In this document: positions 13,511 through 27,405 of the stretch, in pieces | How positions within the stretch are numbered: position 1 is the first letter of the stretch | Layout: each line of letters starts with the position of its first letter | Source: the human T2T-CHM13v2.0 reference genome, Homo sapiens | Direction: 5' to 3' (one strand) | DNA length: 64,000 nt | NCBI RefSeq assembly: GCF_009914755.1 | Contig: NC_060946.1 | The notes under the pieces: model-generated | What the model was told of the DNA's origin: nothing | Seen by the model: the letters and a program-made list of their open reading frames with translations, nothing else | Database searches by the model: none | Made by a program: the position numbers and the translations under genes

Positions 13511-14689
13511 ATTCCTCTCACTTCCGAAGCTTTGACATTCTCAAATACCTTAGGACCGGAACAAGATGATCTCACAACCATCCCATCCAAGAACGGAATC
13601 CCGGGAGCCAGGTTCTGGAGAAGGTGATGGGTTGCTAACGCCTCAGCGTGATGTGGACATTTTCCCAAACGCTGGTCCTAGATCAGCCAAAGGATGGTGA
13701 ATATCAGTGGTTCACACTCAAGTTCTGTGGCCTGTCTCTGTCTTTCTGGAGAGACTCCAAACGCGAGGCTTCATCACAGTGTGTATGGTCTCTGCATCTG
13801 CGAAGCATTGTTCTTTCCTGGGTGACCTGAATGGTCGCTCAGCATGGGAAGTGCATGCTGCCTTGTGGGCCAGCCACCTGGCTGAGGGCTGCCCATCCGA
13901 GCTCCTGGACAGCTTCAAACGCTTCGTTATGGGGAGCTTGGGGGATATGATGACACTGGATTTCCACTCTACAACATGAGCTTATTTTTTTTTAATTTTA
14001 TAAGTCTGAGAATAGCTTGTCCATTATAATTTATCTTTCCAAACAGAGCAGCAAAGAATTTTAGGTGGTCTTTTAAATTAATTATGGAATATTTCCTCAG
14101 CCATGCAGTATGAAAATGTTTCCTGGGTGCGTGCCACACACGTTTCTCACTGTCTTTAGGTTCATCAGACTGCCCATTAGTCTTTCCCCTGCTGTCTCCC
14201 AGGAAGCCCCACTACAGCCCTTCTATCCTGACCCCACCCCTGGGAGCTGTCCCTGGACGCTCTCCACCCACCTACTTTCTGCTCCGCCCATGTGCAGCCA
14301 CTTTGAGGTCTGTCATGAATATAAAGTGTGTGACATATTTTTATTTCCTGGCTCTCTTGTTCATACGTATCTTTATTTAATTCCCAGCATGTGTCATGTT
14401 ATGTGTGTTCTCAGCTTATGTTTTTACGTTTAGAAGAGTTTCGCCTGTTTTCTGCAGGGATGAGACACTTCGGGCCAACTTCAATGTTCTAATTCCGAGT
14501 TTGGAAATCAACTTTTGGACTGAAAGCTGAGCTTGTCTGAGATTTGTCAGGGCCCCTGGTGGTTGGAAAAGTGTTCTGAATCCAATAAAAGGAAAGCGGT
14601 GATTTACACTATGTTTCCCTTTGTATTTTGGGTACATTTTACATATTGGGCAATTTTGACTGGAGGTAGTTGGGAAGGTATTTGCTTGA

Positions 14690-14959
14690 ATGTGTATGTG
14701 CACATGCGTGCATGTGTGTACATGAGTGCATATGTGTGTATGTGTCATGTAATTGTGGATTTGCATGTGTCTTTGCACCTTGTGTGATGTGTGGGTGCAT
14801 GTGTGTACACGTTGTGTGATGTGTGTGCATATGTGTTCATATGTGTGTGGTGTGTGCGCGCACATATGTGCATGTGTACATGCAATGCATTTATGTGTGT
14901 GCCTTGTATGATGTGTGTGTGCATATGTGTGCTTATGTGTGCTGTGCTGTGTGTGTGTG
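14690..14959. repeat. Degenerate (TG)/(TGCA)-rich low-complexity tract, continuing at 15326-15400
   Basis: Purine-pyrimidine alternation seen directly. Confidence 0.9.
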
Positions 14960-15325
14960 TGTAGGCTACAGTACCTCCGTTTTGGATGCTAATCTGCCAT
15001 ATTGACTTCTGATTAACCCCATTTCCAGAATGCCTCTGAGATTTCTGCTTCATCTATTGTTAAGAACACGTACTTACTGTAAATCCTGCCACCCGGTCAA
15101 AACAACCTTGATGCCACACTCCTTCTGAAGTAATTTACCCTTTCCCTGTGGTATTTAAGCCCTGGGTCTGGGGGGGTACATTGTGGCCACCCAAGACATG
15201 GCTTCTGTTCCTAAGTCCCTATGAAATGTTTCTTTCTGAGAAACTGGATTTGTCAGCCTCTCTTCAGCCTCTCAGCTCTGTTGGCTTTGGGTATGAGTTT
15301 GCATAGGCCTGCTCACCATGGAACA
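14960..15325 (+). mobile_element. ERVL solo LTR (LTR47-like)
   Basis: TG..CA termini, GATGCTAATCTGCCATATTGACTTCTGATTAACCCC, ends GCTCACCATGGAACA; GTGTG on both flanks. Confidence 0.7.
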
Positions 15326-16809
15326 GTGTGTATATGTGTGCGGTGTGTGTGCATATGTGTGCCTGTGTATGCACCTGTGTATGTGTTTGTGTATCTGTCT
15401 GTTTTTCCTGGTTGGCATTGGTGATGAGGCAGGGAGAGGAAAGAAACAGACAATAATTGATGCTTTACAGCAGAAAAACTTACAACCCCGTGGGAGACCC
15501 TACTCCTTTGAGCCCACAATCTGGTGTCCTTGCATATTGATTGCCTACTAGTTGAGAATAGCTCATAAAAAGCACTTGTTTTCCGAAATCATTCTCATAG
15601 AGTTTGTAGTGGCCAGATGGGCACAGGCTATCCCCAGGAGAGGGGTGTTCCTGTTCAGCCAGCCTTCTCCTCCCTAATGGAAGGATTTCTCATGGTGGGG
15701 GGTGGGTGGGGCAGCAGGAAAGACCACTGTGTCCTTCTGGGCCCCCAGACCATGGGTTGGATTAACTATCTCCCTGGACCTGCTTCACCCCTAGGTCTCA
15801 GCCTGTCTTGTGGCATCCACGGTGGTTTCCCAGGGTAGCTGCTACTGATCTGTTCATCCTGTCCCTGTGGGTGCAGGGTGGGCTGGTGGATTTGGGTGGA
15901 CTGAATGGAAAAGACCAAGCATCAGTGGGTTGAGCTGAACACCCAACGGGGTTGCTGCTGGGACGCTCCATCAGAACATGGAGGCATTGCCTGCAGGCTC
16001 ACCAGTGACCCCCAAGCCTGCAATGACCCCTTGCAGAAGAATAGATGGGAAGAGATGGACTTCTGTAAATGAGTAAGGCAATTTCAGTGCAAATCCCTCG
16101 TGAAGTTACTCCAGGCTGCAGGTGGTTGGCGGGGGTTGGGGGACAGCAAATCCCTCCCAGGACACAGGGCAAGTCTATAGGTCCCCTCCTTCCTCTGGAG
16201 CTGAGGAGAGGAGGGAATGTAGAACACAGAGCTAGAATGGCCCCAGAGGACAGAGGGGCAACATTTACTCAGGGCAGGCAATGATAATGGGTACCCTGGA
16301 GGGAAGGCTGGGACAAGTCACTGAACTCCTTGAATAAATGGTAGTAACTTCATTCCGGTCACAACTCACACTTTATGGATAAGCCAGGACTGTTTTTGTT
16401 TCAGTCTTTTCCAAATTTGGTAAACAATTTCCAGGAGCACGAGCTCACCCTTTCTTCCGACAGCTTGGTTCATTTGGGGCCTTCTCCGACTGAGACACTC
16501 ATCCCCTCCCTTCCCTGTGCTGACTTGAGATCCGCCACCTTACGATGCTCTTCCTTGCCGGGCTGCACGGGCCACCCTCCTCCCTGTCCTTCCCTTGGCC
16601 TTCAGAGCTCGTGGCTCTCAGGCCCTGCCACCTCCCCATATGTCAATATTGATCTTCAAATACAACGCCCCAAGTGGACACAGAGCCAGATGGATTCTGA
16701 TCAGCCCAGGAAATGGGCAGCCCCGCTCTTCTGGGGAGCATCCAGCTGTACATTATGATCATGTTTGTTAGACTATCATATTACCATTTATTTTCATTTT
16801 TACAATTGT

Positions 16810-17268
16810 TTAAGTATGTTTTTTTCTTCCCCGACACCAGTTCTTCAACTCTCTAGACACTGGGTGGGTGTTTTACAATTCAATCTAATTCTGCACCAGC
16901 TCTTAGAGTAAATGCAGACCCCACTGAGAGTAAGGCCCCAGCAGACTGCCCCCACTTCACATACTAGCTACCAGTGGGGTGCCCAGGCTACTCACACTTC
17001 TGCTTGGACAACTACAAATTCAAGGGCTCCCATGCCCCCTTCTTGGGTTCAATGATTTGCTGGAGTGAGGCACACAACTCAGGAGAGTGCTTCCCTTACT
17101 ATGATCCATTGGTTATAAAGTATATGCCACCCAGAAACAGCCAAGTGGAAGAGATGCAGAGACCAGGCATGGGGGTGGAACTCGGGGTGCGGACATGGAG
17201 CTTCCACACCCTTCCTTAGCACAATCACCCTCCCAGAACATAGAATCTCCTTGTTTAAGAGTTTTTAA
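16810..17268 (-). mobile_element. MER21-family LTR, left part
   Basis: TACAATTCAATCTAATTCTG..CAGACCCCAC..AGACTGCCCCCACTTCA..GAATCTCCTTGTTTAAGAGTTTTT. Confidence 0.8.
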
Positions 17269-17271
17269 GTA

Positions 17272-17628
17272 CTGATTGTCCTTGGCTTACAGTGGGATTA
17301 TGTCTGGAAAAACCCATCGTAAATTGAAAATATCGTAAGTCAAAAATGCGTTTAAGACTCCTAACCTGCTGAACGTCATTGCTTTGCCTACCCACCTTCA
17401 ATGTGCTCAGAACATTTACATTAGCCTACAGTCAGGCAAAATCATCTAACACAAACCCTATTTTATAATAAAGTGTTGAATAGCTCATGTAGTTTATTAA
17501 ATACTACTGAAAATTAAAAACAGAATGATTGTATGGGTACTCAAAGTAAGGTTTCTACTGAATGTGTATTGCTTTCACATCATCCTAAAGTAAAAAAACC
17601 ACATGTCAAATATGTCGGGGACTGTGTA
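17272..17628 (+). mobile_element. MER47A (Tigger-derived MITE)
   Basis: AAACCCATCGTAAATTGAAAATATCGTAAGTC..CATTAGCCTACAG..GTCGGGGAC; TA on both sides. Confidence 0.9.
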
Positions 17629-18125
17629 TATACATACATTATTATTAACAACAGACACTGTGTTGTAAGAGAATCTCTTGTATTTATTCCTCCTGGTGAA
17701 CTGAAATTTGTTTAGCCTTTGATCAACATCCTCCTCCCCTGCCCCAACCCCAGACCCTGGAAACCACCATTCTACTCTCTGCTTCTGTGAAATCAACTTT
17801 ATTAGATTCCACATAAAGTGAGATTATTTGATATTTATCCTTTTGTGCCTGGCTTATTTTACTTAACATGATGTCCTTTCTGTTCATCCATGTTGTGGCA
17901 AACAACATGTGGCATTCATGTTGTTCATCCATGTTGATGGTGTTTCTTTCTTTTTGGAGGCTAGATAGCATTCCACTGCATGCCTACGCCACATTTTCTG
18001 TATCTAATTAGTCATCCATGGGCAGGCACTGGGGTTGTTTCCGTATCTTGGCTATTGTGAATAATCCTAAAATAAACCTAGTGCAGATATCTCCTTGACA
18101 TATTGATTTCACATCATTTGGATAC

Positions 18126-19160
18126 CTCATGCCAACAGAAGAATCATAAGTTTGGAAAGGAGAGCTTTATTTCTCACAGAAGGTTGCAGCTTGCAGGCTG
18201 GGAACCATAACCTCTGGCAGAAGCTGACAGTAAGCACTTCAGGGAGGGGTAAAGGGAACAGAAATGTATGCTGATTGGGGAAGCTGAATATACATATGCA
18301 ATAAGCTAAAGGAGGAGTCGTGAATATTTATGAGGAGAAACATGCACGATTGAGCTTATGTCCCTTTATGGGTTGCATGTTCAAAACATCGCAGCATTAG
18401 CCTGACCAAATGGTGGTGTTTTCAGCCTTCTGACATCAAAAGGTGAAGCAGAGGACACAGCAACCCTCACTGTCCATCCTGGGAGAGTCAGACAAAACTG
18501 GTGCAGAGATGGCGGTCAGCTTTTGGGAAGGAATGCATTGCGACACTGGCGAGCTGTCATACCAAAACAGGAAAGAGGGCTGGGCATGGTGGCTCACGCC
18601 TGTAATCCCTGCACTTTGGGAGGCCGAGGTGGGTGGATCATGAGGTCAGGAGATGGAGACCATCCTGGCTAATGTGGTGAAACCCCATCTCCACTAAAGA
18701 TACAAAAAATTAGCTGGGCGTGGTGGCACGTGCCTGTAGTCCCAGCTACTCGAGAGGCTGAGTCTGGAGAATTGCTTAACCTGGGAGGCAGAGGTTGCAG
18801 TGAGCCAAGATCATGCCACTGCACTCCATCCTGGGCGACAGAGCGAGACTCTGTCTCAATAAAAAAAACAAAAAACAAAAACAGGAAAGGGAGGGAGGGA
18901 CGGGGAGTCCAGTCTCGGCCTCAGAGGATTGGCTAAAGGAATAAAGGAAAACCATTTCTTGTTTTCCGGAGTTGTTTTCTACTTCCTCTTCAGGAAAGAA
19001 TTCTGGTTAAAGGTTAATAAGGAAGCTATGCTGAGATGTGTGCCAATTCCATGCCATCATGGCTGCAAACTCAGTTTTTAAGGTTTCCCTGGGGATCCTT
19101 TGTCCAAGAGAAGATCTGTTCAGTTGGTTGGGGGACTTAGGATTTTATTTCTATTTCTCA
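18126..19160 (-). mobile_element. MER39-like ERV1 solo LTR containing an Alu
   Basis: Reverse-complement homologue of 29623-30376; ends CTTAGGATTTTATTTCTATTTCTCA. Confidence 0.8.
18578..18876 (+). mobile_element. AluSc-like element
   Basis: GGATCATGAGGTCAGGAGAT.GAGACCATCCTGGCTAA; TSD AAAACAGGAAAG. Confidence 0.95.
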
Positions 19161-19375
19161 ATACCCAGAACTGGGGTTGCTGGATCTTATTTCTATATTT
19201 AACGTTTTGTGGAACCTCTATTCTGCTTTTTTCTAAAATAGCTGTGCTAATTTGCATTCCCACCAATAGTGTACAAGGGTTCTCTTTTTTTCTATATCTT
19301 TTCCAATGTTTATTTTTGTCTTTTTGATAACAGTCATCTTAACAGGCGTGAGGTGATTTCTCATTGGGATTTTAG

Positions 19376-19469
19376 GGAACTATGTGAGGTAATAGATATG
19401 TTAATTAGCTCAGGTAGCCAACCCACAATGTGCACATATGTCAAAACATCGTGCTGTACATCATGAATA
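19376..19469 (+). mobile_element. L1MA-type extreme 3' end (sense part), continues at 27006-27040
   Basis: AACTATGTGAGGT.ATAGATATGTTAATTAGCT..TCAAAACATC..TGTACA; ATACAATTTTTGTCAATTAAAAAAA after the provirus. Confidence 0.8.
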
Positions 19470-19914
19470 TATGAAAGGAAAATAAATCTTGGGGCCTCCA
19501 AATCACTAATCACTAAGCTAATGGGGAAAGGGAAGCTGGGAGCTGTTCAGGGCAAACCTGCCCCCCATTCTATTCAGTCACCCCTCTGCTCACTGAGATA
19601 AATGCATATCTGATTGCCTCCTTTGGAGAGGCTCATCAGAAACTCAAAAGAATGCAGCCATTTGTCTCTCAACTACCTGTGACTTGGTAGCCCCCTCCCT
19701 GCTTTGAGTTGGCTCCCCTTTGTGGACGGAACCAATGTTTATCTTACATACGTTGATTGATGTCTCATGTCTCCCTAAAATGTATAAAACCAAGCTGTGC
19801 CCTGACCACCTTGGGCACACGTCCTGAGGCTATGTCACCGGCACACATCTTCAACCTTGGCAAAATAAACTTTCTGAATTAACTGAGACCTGCCTCAGAT
19901 ATTAGGGGTTCACA
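19470..19914 (+). mobile_element. MER4A1 5' LTR
   Basis: T(A)TGAAAGGAAAATAAATCTTGGGG..TGTATAAAACC..AATAAA..GGGTTCACA. Confidence 0.92.
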
Positions 19915-19917
19915 TTT

Positions 19918-19937
19918 TGATAATAACAAAGGGATTC
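19918..19937 (+). other. Degenerate primer-binding site, tRNA-Arg-like
   Basis: TGATAATAACAAAGGGATTC is 16/20 to TGGTAACCACGAAGGGATTC, the recalled complement of a tRNA-Arg(TCG) 3' end. Confidence 0.6.
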
Positions 19938-20193
19938 TGGGTGGGGGTGCCCCTGACCTTTGACCAATCTCCTATCGGTACTTGGTACCAGCATTAGCTA
20001 ACTTTATGGCTCAAACCAATAGGACAATTTGCTGAGGTCTGGAAGCACCCGCTCCAGAGAATCCCTAATCCTCCCAAATTTGGTTGAGATCTAAAGTTTA
20101 TTTTGCTGTACAACTCCTTTTTTTGAGTTTTACTTGCTTCCAACACAAGGAAGGCAAATTTCTCCTGCTTCCATGATGATGGAAGGCAGCTAA

Positions 20194-20536
<343 letters not shown>

Positions 20537-23057
20537 CTTTATGGAGTTTTATTCGCTGCTTCTAGGATGGTAGAGAGCAGTCTTCAGCCTGAGACCCGTC
20601 TGCAGGTAAGTAACTGAACTGGGGTTTGTCTTGGCCAAAGTTAAGATTAACAACCAGCTGGACTTAATTTCTCCTTACCATTAGAGTGCTCACTAATTGT
20701 ATAAGTTGTGCAATTGATTGTTTGTTTTGCTTACCTGTTTTTTTGTTGTTGTTGTCATTTGTTTGTTTCTGTTTTGTAGTTCTTTTAGTCTTTTTCCCAT
20801 TGGGTTTGACCAACTCTATCTGACTCGATCAAATCCGAAGGAATGTTCCAAATTATAGGGAATGAGGCTTAACTTGCCCCCTCCAACCCCCGCCGACACA
20901 CACACGCAAAGATGCTGTGGTGGGGAAGAGAAAAATGACCAGCAGAAGGAAAAATAAAAGGAAAGATTTTTTATTTTGACCACTTAAGAGGCTTTATTTA
21001 CATAACAAGGCCACCTTTTTGCTAGCCAGGCCATTCTGAAAGAACAATAACTGTCGCCCCATGCTGAAGTTCCATAGCTAAGGTTCTGCCTTTTTTTTTT
21101 TTTTTTTTTTAAACCGGCACAGCCTGGGTTTGGTTCCTAAATCAAGCCCTTTCTGGTTTGATACTTGGTACTCCTAAAATAGCAGTAATTTTTCCTAGCT
21201 GAAATATGGTAATGAGATTTAAAAAGTTTTTTTTTAAAGGAGCTCAATGGTTAAAAGTCAGCTTAATTAAAAGCTAAAATCTAAGATGTGTATGTGTGTG
21301 TGTGTGGGTGGGTGTGTGGGTGTGTTTGCATTTAAAAGGATTTTATGTTGTTGTTTTAGTTTTTTTTTTGTCTCCTAGGACCTTGCCTTTTTTGAGCAAA
21401 AGTTTTTTCTTCTTAGTTGACTGAATTCTGTTTTCTTCATTTACTTCTGCTGTCCTTCTTTCCTCTTGCACCCCCTGCTGCATGAGGGACTCAAAATAGT
21501 TTATAATAGCCTGGGATTCCTTCAAAAAATAGAGAAGGTGCCAGACACCATTTTGGGGAGAAACCTCTGTTTTTTCTTGTGGAACCCCAGGAGTGTAAAC
21601 AGACAGGTTCATCTCAGCTCTTAAACTGTTTATTTTTATATTGTGTTACTTGATTTTTTCACTAAAATAGTGCAACAGACGGGTTTTTAAGGAAGAGTGT
21701 AGTTTAGACACTTAGGAATGTCTTTGTTAAAAAAATTTTTTTATGTGCCCTGTAAAAACATCACATGGTCTAGCCTCATAATAATTCTCCCTTTTTGGAG
21801 ACCCAGGATTCAGTGTAGGCTCTGCCTAGATTTCAGAGATCCAGTTGAAAGATAGGTAGCCCCTATCTAAATAAATTGGTCCCCTTACACAATCTTATGA
21901 TCGATTTCTAATAATTTTATCTTTGATTTGGTATCCATCTTTAATCTCCCTCTAGCACCACCAGACTTTTTCTCTCTGTACCTTGAGATGTTCATTTTGG
22001 TATTTGATTTTTCACCTAAGAGTTGTTTCCTTCAGTATGCCGATTTAGGGCTATTTAGCTGACAACTGCCAGGATAACGAAACAGGTTATGAAGCGTTTG
22101 CTAGTCTAAAATAGGAAAAAAGGGAGGTCTTATGAACTATAACATGTACTTCTATTGGTATGCCTAATATGTCTACATATTTATGTGTTGTGTGCACAAT
22201 ATTTCACTACTAAAAATATATAAAAGAGCTCTAATTAATTGGCTTAAAGAATAATAAAAGCGCTCAAATGACATACTTTATCAGAAAAAAGGAAAGACTA
22301 GTCAAATCCTTTTTCAAGTTTATGTGACCTAAGTAAAACCTTTAATAAATAACCCAGCTTTAAAATTATTGGTAAAGTAATATTAGAAATGTCTTAAGAA
22401 TTATCAGCATATATTTTCAGTTGCATTTATTGATCAAGCAATTTCATACTTATCCCTGCCAAATGCCATAAGGTGTCAAAATTTGGAGTATGGGTTACAA
22501 AACTATAAAACCAAGCCCAAAACAGAATGATCTTTGCTTGCATAATTTTTGATAAATAAGACATTGATATTAGTTTAATGAAAATAGCCAAATCTTGAAT
22601 TATTTAGTAAAATAACCATAATTGCTAATCTTGTGGCTTTAGGCAGTCTAGTTCCCAGGCAGGAAGGGGGTTTGTTTTGGGAAGGACTGTTACTGCCTTT
22701 GTTTCAAAGCTAAATTACAAACTAAGTTCCTCCCAAAGTCAGTTTGGCCTACACCTAGGAATGAACAAGGACAGCTTAGAGCTTAGAAGCAAGATGGAAT
22801 CAGTTAGGTCAGATCTTTTTCACTGTCTCAGATATTATTTTGCGATGGTGGTTTCATAACTTTAAATGATGACTATTGTAGTTTTCATAACTAATCTAGG
22901 TAAATGATTAAAATAATTAGGTACGTGTAATGGGATAAATACTTGTAGACAGACTTGTCATAATTTAGAATCTAAAGTTAAATTAAATAACAGATATTTC
23001 ATTATTTGGGTATTTTCCAATAAAAATATATTGAAGGAAACCATTCTTTCTAAAATA

Positions 23058-23120
23058 CATATATATTATAAATAAATATATATATATATATATAGTGTGT
23101 GTGTGTGTGTGTGTGTGTGT
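23058..23120. repeat. (TA)n(TG)n microsatellite
   Basis: Seen directly. Confidence 0.9.
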
Positions 23121-24400
23121 CCTTTTTAAAAAAGTGAATAATTTTTGTTGAATCCAAAGCTTATCTAAAGGTTACGTTTAAAATAAGGTAAAAGGAACCA
23201 GGAAATAAGAGAGATGTAAAGAAAATTATAGAAATAAAGAGGTATTTTTTGGTAAGAAAGCTTAAAGAGAAATAATTTTATATGAGAAAAAATCTTATAT
23301 GGCAAATTTAGTCTTAGAATAAAATGACTGGTTGCTTAAGAAAGAGGGATGCTCAGGACAAACCAGAAAGTCCAAGCATGTCCATGAATGGTCTGTGTAA
23401 GTCACAATAAGAGGATTTATAAAAAATAAAAAAACTTTTCTTTTCTATGATCGAGTTTTCTGTAATTAAAAGGAAATTATAATGGTCTTTCTAGACATTG
23501 GGTTTAATGTAAAAAAACACTTATACACTAAAGAACTGGTTAGACAATGAAATTTTCTTAAGGGATTGATTTAATATATTGTAACAGATTTTATGTTTTA
23601 TTGAAATTATTCCTGTGACATTATTATTAAGTTTTGGTTTACTTAGAAAAAAATGAGATTACTTTTTTTAAAATTAAGGTTATTACATGTGTGTAACTTT
23701 GTGTGTGTGCTTCTAAAGTCCTTGTGCCATTAAGTTACAGGGTTTTGACTCCTGGGTCTAAAAGGACACCAAGTCCTGCTAAATCTTAACATTGACAGCA
23801 GTTAAAGCCTCATCTACAGACCCTGTAGAAGATGCCAATCAAAGTAAGCTGGGTTTGTGAGACACAGGGCCCGAAATTAAATCTATTTAACTCCTCAAGG
23901 CCCAGGGACTATTGCAGGAGAGGTGGACATGTGAGATTGTAAAGGCTGATTTTGAGAGATAAAATAAGTTCAGTTTCTCTATAAATTAACCATTGATGTC
24001 AAAGGCACACTGATACAAGATTAGCATATGGGCCCCTGTATCAGATTAACAAGGTTTTCTTGAAGCATTAACCAACTCCTTAATAAAAGTTATAAAAGGC
24101 TTATTGAAATTATATCTTATAGTCAAGATGATTAAAATTTTATAGATTGTTTATAAAATTTTGAAAACAAATTTAATTTGCATCATGCTATTTTTATTAG
24201 GGCTTATTGTTTGGAAAATTAAGTCTCCTCCTTCAAAAAAGGAATGTTTTCACCTTTTTTTGAAATCCTTGAGTTATCACTTTGGTTAAATGAATGACTT
24301 ATTTTATAATGACCTGTGATCCTATTTTGTGATATCAAGTGTTTTAAACCTTTGATATTTGACAAACTTTCCAAAATCAAATTATAAATTATGTCTTTTT

Positions 24401-24708
24401 CTTTTCTTTTGTTTTCTTTTCTTCTTTTTGAGACAGAGTCTCCCTCTGTTGCCCACTGGAGTGTAGTGGCATAATCTCCGTTCACTGCAACCTCCATCTC
24501 TTGAGTTCAAGTGATTATCCTTTGTCGGCCTCCTGAGTAGCTGGGATTACAGGTGTGCACCACCAAGCCCAGCTAATTTTTGTATTTTTAATAGAGATGG
24601 GGTTTCACCATGTTGGTCAGCCTGGTCTTGACTCCTGACCTCAAGTAATCTGCCCACCTCAGCCTTCCAAAGTGCTGGGATTATAGGCTTGAGCCACCAT
24701 ACCTGGCC
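24401..24708 (-). mobile_element. AluS in MER4-int
   Basis: Full dimer; TSD AAATTATGTCTTTTT. Confidence 0.95.
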
Positions 24709-26559
24709 AAATTATGTCTTTTTTTGACCTAATTAATCCTTTAAGATATTAGGTTCCCTAAAGTCCAAAAATAATATATTTGGCTTATTTGGTATAAAAA
24801 TCATACAGGAAGCATTGTCAAATATGAAATGGTGTTTGGCTTTCTTTGGGCTGTATTTATATAAATATGTTATTGGTATGTGTTCCAAAATTATGGGAAA
24901 CTCCTGTAATTCCAATATGACTTAGTGTATGTTATCAGTAGTAATTATAACTGTTATGTTAAACTATTGTGTGCCATGGATGTAACACATTTCCTTGTCA
25001 CAGAGGTAACACATTGTTTCTTTGGCTATGGCTTTCCTAAAATTTTTTGTCATCCACAGACAATTATTGCCTTGTTTTGATCCTCTTTCGAAGGTGGTTT
25101 TATAATCAGCAAACAGTTTATAGCTGTTCTGATAACCTTGGAGATTGTGGCATTAGAATAGAGGGGAAAATACTTTCTGGACTCACAGAAGGCTGGAATG
25201 TTCATGGATATTCATGAATATCAAACAGGAGTTAACTGTGTGGACTGAACTAATAGAAGACTAAAGTAATCTTTTGACTTTTTGCTTAAAACATTGCTAA
25301 TCCTTTGTTTTGTTTTTCAGGGTCGAGAAACCTTTCTTTTGAACTGTTTACAGCATGGAGCAATTGAGTAAAGTATACTCCTGTGAAAAAAATTTGGAGC
25401 ATATTTATTTCTCTCTACCTGATTTCTCCAGAATTTTGAAACTATTTGTGAGTATTCTTAACTTACAGCAATATAGTTATTTGCATAAGCACAATAAGAG
25501 TGTTTTCTTTTGCAACAGGACACCATTGGAGAAACTGGTTATTTTACCAAGGCTGTGACTGGAATGGTGTGCTTTCTTTTAAGGAATCAAATTTGACTTA
25601 CAGAGCCAATAAAAGCCCCTTGGAGAAACTGGCTGCATACCTTGTCTACACAGTCCCTGTACAGGGTTCCTAACCTGTGGTAAGTAAAGAACGTCACTTT
25701 CTGACAGGCCCAGGAGCCCTAAGTTATCTTGGGACCTCAAGAGGATAGGAATTTACCCAACTCATAGGTATTTGATGGTACAAAGCCATGGCTGAGCTCA
25801 GCTTTAAAAAAAAATCTTATCTAAGATCCCTTCTTTGGAGCAAATTTCCATCAAAGCCAATTTAAAAAGCCTATGTGAAGAATAATTATTCTTGCTGCAC
25901 TTTATACAAATAATATGGCCAAGTATAAGAAAATCAATCCTACCATGATTTGTCTTTAGTAAAAATGGGAAACTGGAGAGAGAAAAATTATGTTTCAAAA
26001 ACTATAGTACACCTGTTGTTAAATTCTAGTCTTGCCTTATGTTTTTCAATTTTTATTATTTTCTACAGTTTGGACTAAATTCTAATTTTTCCTGGCTACA
26101 AATCTCCAAAATAATATTTTAATTTTTTTCTTCTTTTTTTCCTCCATTTTTCCTAATTTGAAATCACTGAAAACTAGGCTGTGCTTTCTTAAAGCCCTTC
26201 GAACTGAAGCTAGACAATTTAAACTCCAGAAGAAAATAACAGCAACTTATTTACATACATAAGTCACTCTCATACCTGTCTACTGATTATTATGAACTTC
26301 AGAGTAATGTGGCCTATATCAATTTTCCGGGATTGCTCTTTTGTTTGTTGTTGTTTTTCTCCCTTCCTCCCCCTATTTTCTCTTTGTAGGACATGAGACT
26401 TCATAACCTGCTATAAATGAGCTTTTCTAATAACTTGAAACCTACCCATGTAGGAATAAACTGTCCTAGCCATGAGAGATCAGATGAAGCCTGAGACCAG
26501 AGACTCATTTTCTTCTAAAATACTTTCTCCAAAAGATTTTAAAAAGAAAAAGGGGGAAA

Positions 26560-27005
26560 TGTGAAAGGAAAATAAATTTGGGGCCCCCAAATCACTAAGC
26601 TGATGGGAAAAGTCAATCTGGGAACTGCTAAGGGCAAACCTGCCTCCCATTCTATTCAAAGTCATCCCTCTGCTCATTGAAATAAATGCACATCTGATTA
26701 CCTCCTTCGGAAACGCTAATCAGATACTCAGAAGAATGCAACCGTTTGTCTCTCAACTACCTGTGAGCTGGAAGCCCCCTCATGGCTTTGAATTGTCCCG
26801 CCTTTCTGGATGGAACCAATGTTCATCTTACATATGTTGATTGATATCTCATGTCTCCATAAAATGTATAAAACCAAGCTGTGCCCTGACCATCTTGGGC
26901 ACATATCTTAGGACCTCCTGAGGCTGTAATGGGTGTGCATTCTTAACCTTGGCAAAATGAACTTTCGAAAGTAACCGAGACCTGTCACGAAAGTTAGGGT
27001 TCACA
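26560..27005 (+). mobile_element. MER4A1 3' LTR preceded by the polypurine tract
   Basis: AAAAAGAAAAAGGGGGAAA then TGTGAAAGGAAAATAAAT..GGGTTCACA. Confidence 0.92.
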
Positions 27006-27109
27006 AATACATACAATTTTTGTCAATTAAAAAAACAAATTTCCATCAGAAAGGTATTAGTTTTACAAAATTAGTTTTCTTTATTAAATGAATAAAGAAA
27101 AAAATTGCT

Positions 27110-27405
27110 TTAATAGAGTTCATTCTCCAGCCTCCTTCCCCTGGGAGTGAAGGGGCAACGCAGAGAGGGCGGAAAGGGTGGGGCTGAAAGATTTCCCCCA
27201 CTTCTAATTCCTTGGTCTTCCTGGTGGCCAGCCTGTCCTGATGCCATCTAGGAGTCCCATCCTTTGTCACCTTATTGGCAAACACTCCAATATGAATATG
27301 AATAACAAAAGACACTCCTGTCACTCAGGAAATTCCAAGGGCTTTAGGTGCCCTCTGCTGGGAACCAGGGACAAAGATCAAATACATATTGTTAATAAAC
27401 CACAG
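27110..27405 (-). mobile_element. MER21-family LTR, right part
   Basis: GGGCTGAAAG..GAATAACAAAAGACACTCCT.TCACTCAGGAAATTCCAAGGG..GACAAAGA; continues the 16810-17268 fragment. Confidence 0.8.

Larger units (their letters stand above)
17629..19375 (-). mobile_element. L1MA-type 3' segment (inverted part), split by a MER39 LTR
   Basis: ACCACCATTCTACTCTCTGCTTCT..TTAGATTCCACAT..GCCTGGCTTATTT; resumes ATACCCAGAA at 19161. Confidence 0.85.
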
